From assembly GCA_013239625.1 (NCBI GenBank), contig MU054338.1, positions 744,001-808,000 on the forward strand: a DNA stretch of 64,000 bases, in the 5' to 3' direction. Made by a program: the position numbers and the translations under genes. This DNA is from Lama guanicoe (lineage: Eukaryota). A model generated the notes under the pieces. That model was not told the origin of the DNA. It searched no databases and worked only from the letters and a program-made list of their open reading frames with translations. Shown piece after piece: positions 46,001 through 55,000 of the stretch; within the stretch, counting starts at the first letter, position 1, and the number at the start of each line of letters is the position of its first letter.

Positions 46001-49000
46001 AGCCTCAGCCCAAGTTTTTATTTTCCCAGCTTCCTGTTAGAAAAATAGGGATACAGGGAAATGGGAAGAGCAGTGAACCCCTGAATACACTGCCCAGATG
46101 CGCCAGTTGTCAGCGTCAGTAATCTGTATAGGACCCTGGATGCCAAATCCACAGACGCTCAAGTCCCTCATACGACATCATGTAGCATTTGCATGTGATC
46201 TGCACACGTCCTCCCGTGTACTTTAAACCACCTCTAGGTGACTTATAAGACCTAACACAGTGTAAGTGCTATGCAGGTGGTTAGCTGGCATGTGGCAAAT
46301 CCAAGTTTTGCTTTTTGGAACTTTGTGGAATAGTTTTCTGCGTATTTTTGATCCACAGTTGAAACCAGGGACGCAGAACCTGTCAGGGGGCCAGCGTGCT
46401 TATCCTCATCTTGGTCTGCACACACTGCTGCTGACAGCACACCCTCCTGCCCCATCCCCACACCCCGGGCACCCGCTAGGCTTATTCGCAGGGCGCTCAC
46501 AGCTCTTCTGTTCAGACCTGGCTGGAGCGAGGCTTGTGTCCTGTGGCATTCGCCCTCCAGTTGCTCAGGGGAGGGCAGGGGAGGCCCAGTAACCTGCACA
46601 CCCTGGTGGTCTTGAGCCCCCTGTGCCCCTGTGAACCTGTCCCCGCCCAAGTGTAGCCTCTGAATCCCTAGTGGAGTCCCTTGGGAGTCTTTGGGGGCAG
46701 GAGGAGGCAGGAAAGGGGAACAGTCAGGTAAGTGATCTTCAGGTACCAGAACTTTCCACAGTCCTGAAAGCGAGCCTCGTTGCCAGTTTGAGTTGTGGAG
46801 GCTGCCCTGATTTCCGTGATTCTCCTGAAACCCTGGGTTTACACTGCAGAGCTCTGAAGTCCGCAGCCGTGTGACCGCCCATCCCCGGGCACAGGGCGCG
46901 GCAGGGCTGGTGGGGCCCCATGGCCTGTGCAGGGAGGCAGCACGCTGCCGGCGCTGCTGCTTTGCTTCTCTTTGGACCTGCTGGATTCTTGGCGTGTTCC
47001 AGTCTGACTTTCAGAGGCTACATCGTACGCACTGTGGGGAGTGTTCTGAGGGTTTCCCATGTGAGCTAACCATTTTCTTCTTCTTGAAACAGCAGAAAGG
47101 ACCCAGGAGCGATAACAGTAAATCAAATAAGATATTTGTCGGTGGAATTCCCCACAATTGTGGTGAGACAGAGCTCAGGGAATACTTCAAGAAATTCGGA
47201 GTGGTGAGTCCTTCCCGCGCCAGCAGCATGGCTGGTCAGGGCGGGAGTGGCGTAGCCCTGTGTGCACGGGAAGGTGCGGCCCGGCCGCCTCTCCTCTAGT
47301 CCCGGTCCTCCCCTGACAAGGCGGGCCAGAGCCGTCCTTCCTCTTCATGGCCGTCTGCCAGCCCAGGAGAATAGTTAGTGGCTTTTCTAGGAAAATGTCA
47401 GTTGGACAGACGGACTTCCTGGAAGGCGCTCTGGTTGCTTGTGGCCACCATGGTGGAAACCCCTAGATGGTACTTGGGACTACGGGTGTGTCTGGGCCGA
47501 GGAGCTAGCCTGCTATCCCTCGGCACAGGGGGGAATAACCTATATCAGGTCCACCTGGGGCCTTGGCTGACTGCCTCCCCTTCCCCCAAAGGACCTGAGG
47601 ATGGTTTTCTTTTCTGGAAGAGGATAAAATCCTTTAGAATCTTACAGGGCTCAGTTACTTGGGGTCACACGGGGAACTCAGTTCTTGTGGGGCAGACAAA
47701 ACTAGGCTGCAGCTAGGGAGCCGGCAGGTGTGGGAGGCTGTGCGGTCATCTGAGGCGAAGGCGCGAGGTCACCCAGGCTCCTGCCGGGTCATGCTCTCGC
47801 TGCCGTCAGATGGCACATGTGCAGGCCTCGGGCCTGGCCAGGAATTAGGAGCGTGGGGGCCAGGGGTGCTGTCCCTGGGAGGTCCTGGCCCCCACAGTGT
47901 CCCATGCCCGCCCTGGGAGCACCCATCCAGCCTGCTCACGCCCCACGGACCTCAGACCCCACAGACACAGCCTTTTGCTGCGGGACTTCCTGGGTTCTGG
48001 AGACACTCAAGCAGCCGTGGGCTCGGGAGTTTGGTTGTAGCCAGAGGTGGCTGGGGCGCCTGTGGACCTGGGTCCTCAGACGCCGTCTCTCTTCCAGGTC
48101 ACAGAAGTGGTCATGATCTACGACGCGGAGAAGCAGCGGCCTCGAGGTAAAAGAGACGGAGTTTGTCCTCGACCCCCCCTCAGATGGCAAACTATCTCAC
48201 AATTAGGTGGTGGTTGTAGCGAGCATTGCCTCAGAAAAGGGTGATTTGGAGACCAACCATTAAAGTGTAGGCCCTTCTTACGCGGCCCCCAGCCTGTCTG
48301 CTTCCCAAGGTCAGGCAGTACTGTCTTTTTTTTCCCCCTCCAAGCTCACTCTTTTAAAGTTTTTACACCTTGACATGAATTTCAACATGGTTTCTGTTTT
48401 TAAGTGTGTCCTGAAAGATTAGTTGTTCTTTTAAATCGTGAACGTCCTCCCTTACGCCCATCTCCTGTTTTAAGTTCACACCAGTGAAGTCAGGAGTCTC
48501 ATTTCACGTCGTCAGGCTAGGTCTGCCCCAGCTCAGCTCGAACGTGGACTTTCTTTGATCCATCTCATGCTTTTTTCTTACTTTGGTATTCTTTCTCCCC
48601 TGAGTCCGTGGGGCAGGCGGGAGGAGGGGTGAGGAGCCCCCTCAGCACATCCTGGCCAGAGTCCCCGAGCTGCCCACACTTGCACGTCTAAATGGGTTTG
48701 CGGGGCTGGGGCACCGGCACCCAATCTCCGTGCCCCTTTTTTTTCTTTTTTTTTTTTTTGGTGTGTGTGTGCGCGGCTGCTGCTCCTTGTCCCCGCCTGT
48801 ATGTTTTGGTTCATGAACCGCTTTTGGACCGGCCATGTGAGCTGATCTGCCATCTGGGCTCCAAGCGGCCCCCCGCCCCGTCGAGGCACCCCGAGCGCTG
48901 AGCCGGCGCCGCCCGCAGCATGCGCCCGCCATGCTGGAGAATAGTTTGCCATTTGAACCTCATCTCCTCTTACTCCATGATTAAGTAACATATCCTCACT

Positions 49001-52000
49001 TCATGTTGATTAAGCTGTTTAAGTCTTAGTCTTAATTTTAACGTAGATGTACATGCTTAGTGACGTACTTAAGTGTTTCATAGTAAAGTACAGTAACGTT
49101 AAGTAAGTTGTTTTTCCTTTTCTCTCTGTGAATTGTTTGNNNNNNNNNNNNNNNNNNNNNNNNNNNNNNNNNNNNNNNNNNNNNNNNNNNNNNNNNNNNN
49201 NNNNNNNNNNNNNNNNNNNNNNNNNNNNNNNNNNNNNNNNNNNNNNNNNNNNNNNNNNNNNNNNNNNNNNNNGTTCCGCTTCCTCAGTGGTGATGTCGCC
49301 TCTGACAGACAGACGCATCCCTAGAGGCCCCGCCCCGGGGCTCCTTCCCCACGACTCACCGCCTCTTGTGCTATAAGGACCGCGAGCCCTGTGGCTTCAG
49401 ACACTCCTGCACTTGGAGAAAACGTTCACTTTTTAACATGCCGCTCAGCACCCATGTTGCGTTCCACCACCTGCCTCCGATCTTGTGACACCTCAGGACG
49501 CGGGGACACTGAGGCTGCTCTTAGATCCCTTGGTCGGCCCCCCAAGGCCCTCGCCCCGGGCCGGGGGCAGGCCGAGCTGCCTGGGCGGGTTCAGGCAGGA
49601 AGAGCTGGCAGGGAGAGCGCTTTGGGCTTGACCCTTGGGCGGCATTGAGTGGGGCTCAGACACCCGCTTGCCCCTGAGTCCCCAGCACTGGGCGAGCGAG
49701 GGCGGGGCCAGGCCGAGAGCAGGACTGGTTGGCGGGCGTCCCAGAAGACTCCCTCCTGCCTCCTCACCTTCCGAGTCTTCTCCAGAGCCTCTGCCTCACC
49801 CTCCCCATCCCAGTCTATCTCCCCTCATTCCCGCTCCCACCTCCTTGAGTCTGTTCTGCAGCCAAGACTTGCTCCGTCTCTCATGCCCCGTGCAGGGTCC
49901 TTGTGGTGGGTGTGCAGGAGTCACCCCTCACCCCCACGAGCCTGTCCCCCCTGCCTTCTCCCACCTCCTTCCTTCACCGCGGTTTTGCCAATAATGTTTG
50001 CACATGGCCCCAAGGACTGGCCCGCATCCCTCTTTCCTTGGTCCCAGAGGCCTGGGAATGCTGCTCCTCCTGGTCCCTCCCCAGCTGCCTGCAATCTCTG
50101 CATCTGCCTCCTGGGATGCTCTGTGCCCCGCACCCCTCCCCCATGCCTGTCTCCAGCCCCTCTCAGGCCCTCGGCCCTTCCCCTGGCCTGTCTTTTGTTC
50201 TAGGGGGTCTTCCGGCAGCTGTCTGCCACGAGAGTCCTTTTGTGCTCAGAGCAGTTGGGCCCCGGGGAGCCAGTGCAGCAGACTGAGGACCGGACAGGCC
50301 AAGCTAGCCAGGCGGTCGTGCTCACCCAGACCAGCAAACTTCGTTTATACTGCACTTTCTTGTGTTTGGGAAATGCTAAATTGTTTTTCCCTTGGAAATT
50401 CTCTTTTTGATGACGTTGTGCCTCTTGCTCTTGCTGCCGACAGCAGTGTTTGACCTGCTGGAACCCGTTGTGGCCTGTATCTCTGTGTATTTATGTAGAC
50501 ACGAACAGATAGACACCTGTATGCATATGTACCTTACCTTGGCAGGACTCCTTGGGCTTACCCAACAGCGTTGGGCAAGCTTGGCGAGGCTCTCCCTGTG
50601 GTAGAGACCGTACCTCTGTTAGCGCTAGGCCGTAGACGGCGGCTGTCAGCACGAGCTGCAGAGCAATTGCAAGCCGAGGGGGAGGACCCTGGGTTTCAGA
50701 AAAGCGGAGACGCACCCACAACACACACCCAGTTGGGCAGGGCTCAGCCCAGCCCCTGCCTGCTGGACCCCGCGGGCACCTCGCCCCTCCGTCCGGCGGC
50801 CGCGCGCTCGGACGCACCCCAGCAGATCCGGGGTGGCGCACACGGGCTTCGCTGAAACCCTCGGTCGATCCCTCGGCCGGCCCTGATACTGNNNNNNNNN
50901 NNNNNNNNNNNNNNNNNNNNNNNNNNNNNNNNNNNNNNNNNNNNNNNNNNNNNNNNNNNNNNNNNNNNNNNNNNNNNNNNNNNNNNNNNNNNNNNNNNNN
51001 NNNNNNNNNNNNNNNNNNNNNNNNNNNNNNNNNNNNNNNNNNNNNNNNNNNNNNNNNNNNNNNNNNNNNNNNNNNNNNNNNNNNNNNAACTTAGGGATTT
51101 CACTGGAAATGAAAATCCCTTATCAGGAGGAGGGCCGGGCTAGTCGTCCTGGGACCCTAAGCTGTGGGTTGGGCCCGGTTCTCCCGGAACCGGCTTTCCA
51201 TCTGGAGCCCCACCTGGGGGCGGGCATGGGGTGGGGGCCCCAGGGTGGGGGGGGCTGGCCTCCAGTGAAGTCACAGGTTGCCTCAGGCTTGGTTTCAGTG
51301 ACCACTCCTTCAGACGTGTGTCCCTTCCCCGATTGTCCTGTGGGGGCCGGTAACGGGCCAGCCGCGAACCTTGGGAGAACAGGGTCTGTGTAAAACTGAA
51401 GGCAACGTAAACACCCTGAAGGATTGGTTGTTAATTGGGTCACTTACTGTGGACTCGGTACCAACCACATGCTCCTGGTAGTCCTTAACTCCATGCAGTC
51501 AAGTGACCTCTGGTTGTTTCATCTTCATACTGTGTTGCTCCACAGAGGGAAACTCAGAAGTGGCCCGACCCTCATTTTCCCCAGCCCCAGGGAGCTTTTT
51601 GAGTTTGAACATAGCTCAAAAATGAGTAACTGGTGGGAACTGTGCAGTTTGCCAGGGCTGAAGGTCCCCCTTTCACAGGGTTCCCACCTCGGGCCCCGAG
51701 ACCTGCTCAGCACACCCAGCCCTTCTGACAGGCCCCGGCCGACTGGCCGGCTCCAGTGGGGAGGAATCTGGTTCCAGTGTGTCCTGTGCGTCCGCCCCTG
51801 GAGGGCAGTGAGATGTAGTCTCAGGCTTCACCAGTTCCACTTGAACCAGACTGTGCAGGAGACAGCTGCACTTTTAGTTTTAGGCAGTCATTGAAGCTTT
51901 TAGTTTAAAATTAGCACGTGGATTTCAAGGACGCGTGCAGTTACAAACACAAAGTTCAGAGGAGCCCGCGTCCCATGTTTTAAGGCACTGTGACGTTCAC

Positions 52001-55000
52001 AGCCCAGCTCCTGCAGGGGCAAGAGGCCTGCTAAGCCACCGGTCTGCCCTGGCCCGGTTTTATGGGTCCCAGCAGTGTCTGGGGCTGGGGGCGCACCTCC
52101 AGCGAGGGGTGCACGTGTGGAGGCCGGCTTCCGCCCCCGGGGTGCGAGCTGGAGTGCAAGGAGTGACATCTGCGATCCCGTAGGAAGGGGAGAGGTGGTT
52201 TTGTTTTGTTTTTTTTCCTTAAAGCGGGGCTGCTTTGCTTTGTTAAGCAGGAACCAAATTCCCTTAAGGGAAGTGTGGGAAGACTCGTTAATTTGAGTTC
52301 TTTGAAATGGTCCCCATCCTGCTGTTGCACCACCCTGAGCTGGCGGGGATTTTGTTCCTGTCTGTGGAGCATCCTTGGGTCATTGGAAGGTGGGGTCCCT
52401 GTGCCTCTGTCCCCCGCCTGTCTTCTCTCCCAGGCAGGGGTTTAGGGCAGAACACCTGGTGCTAGGCTCACAAGATGGGGCCCCAAGGACGACTCCAAGT
52501 GGGTCCTTGTCTCTTTCTGCTCATTCACACTTATCCTACCAGCCAGAAACACTTGGGGTCCCGGCAGGCCTGGAACGGGGGTCTCTGCTGTCAGACTGCC
52601 TGCACAGGGAAGGCTTTGGGGGGTGAGCGGCGGCCAGGCCTCCCCGCGCCGGCTCCTGACACCTGACACGTCCGAGAGAGGGAGGGCCCGGGCTGCTGAC
52701 CTAACACAGTATGAAGATTGCTTACTGATTCAAATGTCCATTTTATTGCATGTTTGTTTACTTTTTGTTAGATGTAATGTAAGATCCTCTTACCACATCC
52801 ATTTCCTCTGACATTGTTTTGAGTTAATTGAGATTCTTTAAGCGTTAGCCTGGGGAAGGTAAGTCTTTATCTTCCATTAGACATTTTAAATAAAAACCTA
52901 AGTAAACCAGCTGTGTTTCTCAGGTATGAGCTGAAGGTGCAGCAGGGGTGGGTCTGGAGAGGGCCGGCTTGTCTGGCGGCCTGGGCTGCTCCCAGCCCAG
53001 GTCCCTCCCCGCGGCCGGAGGTGCCTGTGATGGGGCGATCCCAGTCTCTGGGGCCACTTAGCTGGATGGAAGGCCCTGGTCCGCACAGAGGGCTCTGGGG
53101 GTCCTGGTCCCCAGGCCTGCCCCCCGTGGGCAGGGCTTTGCTTGTCTTACAGTTGGATCTGTTGTACCTGAGAAACATTTTTTAAACAAAAAAAATTTTT
53201 TAAATTTTTTTTAAGAAAAAAGTTAATGGCCTAAATAAGGTTTATAGTTAAGTATTTAGTTTTAAGTTGTAATAAGATGCTAAGTTTAGTTGTAAGTTAC
53301 TTGAGGGTGTGTCTGAAGGGATGGGGTCCGAGACCCCCGGCATCTCCCTGAACCAGAGCTCGGTTTGTCTAGGTGGAAGTTAAGCGGGCCGAGCCTCGGG
53401 ACAGCAAAAGCCAAGCGCCAGGACAGCCGGGTGCCAGCCAGTGGGGCAGCCGGGTCGTGCCCAGTGCCGCCAATGGCTGGGCAGGCCAGCCCCCGCCCAC
53501 GTGGCAGCAAGGATACGGCCCACAAGGTAAGGCTCGTACCCGCAGCCAGCCCGGGTAGCTGCGGGGCCGGGGCAGGGCTCCTGGTGCTCGTGCAGGCCAT
53601 GTCGGGGCTCCCCGTCCGGCCCGGAGGTGCACGCTCGTCCCAGGAGCCGGTGCCTGGCCCTTCCTGCAGGCCTGCAGTGGGTACTGGCATTCACTGCCAA
53701 TTCACTGCCCACGGAGGGAGACAGCAAGGCTGTCCTTGGGCACCAGGTCCATCTGGAGAGTCGAGTGACCCTTGGTGGTCATCGTGGCCACAGAGCTGCA
53801 GTGGGTGTCCTCCCTGAGGGCCAGGCTGGTCTGAGTGAGCTCTGGGTCCTTTCCCGGTGCTGGCCTGTGGTTGGGGGCTGCTGAGGCAGTGCCTCCAGGT
53901 AGGGAGTATCAGGGAGACCGTCCCCTGCACTGAGTATTGTGCCCACCCAGAAGAGGGGTTGGGAGTGGCCAGGGCCTCAGATCAGATCCTCAGGGGAAGA
54001 GTGGGCTGCTCCCTGGGCCAGAAGGAAGCTCAGAGTCCTGCTGCCTCTTGGGCCCTTAGGGTCTTTTCCGGCTCTCTGGGCTGTGGGTCCTCCATGTGGC
54101 ATTGGCAGAGCTTTTGAGGACAGCTCTGCAGGAGGGTTGGGGTGACCAGGGGTCCCAGGACAGGAGCCGGAGCCTCCACCCGCTTTAGAACCCCAAGAAG
54201 GGCCAGCATCCAGGGAGGGCACCAAGGAGGCCAGGCAGGCCTGACTGCTCCCAGGGCACTGGCACCCCTGCACCCGCAGAGCCGTCTCTGCCCGGCTTGG
54301 GGCTTTCTCCTGGGTCTTTCCAGAGCTGGCTTTTAAAATACGTGTTTTATTGCAAAAAAAAAAAAAAAAAAAACTGCAGCTGTAGGAAACCATCTAATGA
54401 GACCTGAGGCCCTCACATCCACCAGCAGGTGAAAAACTAGCATTTGACTGTGGAGTCTGGCCCCAGGTTCCCACCTCCCAACCTGAGATCCCACTCGTGC
54501 ATCTGAGTCCCTGATCTGTGGGTGCACCTGGAATGTGTCAGGACCCCAGGTCCTGCGGCAGGGCGGGGGGTCCCCAGTCTGCAGTGTGGTGCCGACTGGG
54601 CACCCACCCCACCTGAACCCTGTGTTTCCTGTGCAGGAATGTGGGTGCCGGCAGGACAGGCGATCGGTGAGTCCTGCCCCAGAAAAGGGGAGAAGGGAAT
54701 CTGAAACGGGCAGCCTGCGTCTAGCAGGTGGGGCTGTGAGCCGAGCTCTGGTCCTCACCCTGCGTCCTGTGTTCCAGGTGGCTACGGTCCGCCTCCTGCG
54801 GGAAGAGGAGCTCCCCCCCCACCCCCGCCGTTCACCTCTTACATCGTGTCCACCCCTCCTGGAGGGTTCCCACCTCCTCAGGGCTTCCCCCAGGGCTACG
54901 GCGCCCCGCCGCAGTTCAGTAAGTGCCCGCGGCCCTTCTGGGGTTCTGAGCCTCCAGCCTGGCACCCTTCAACCTCTCTGGGGGGGCGCGGCGTGGCCGT

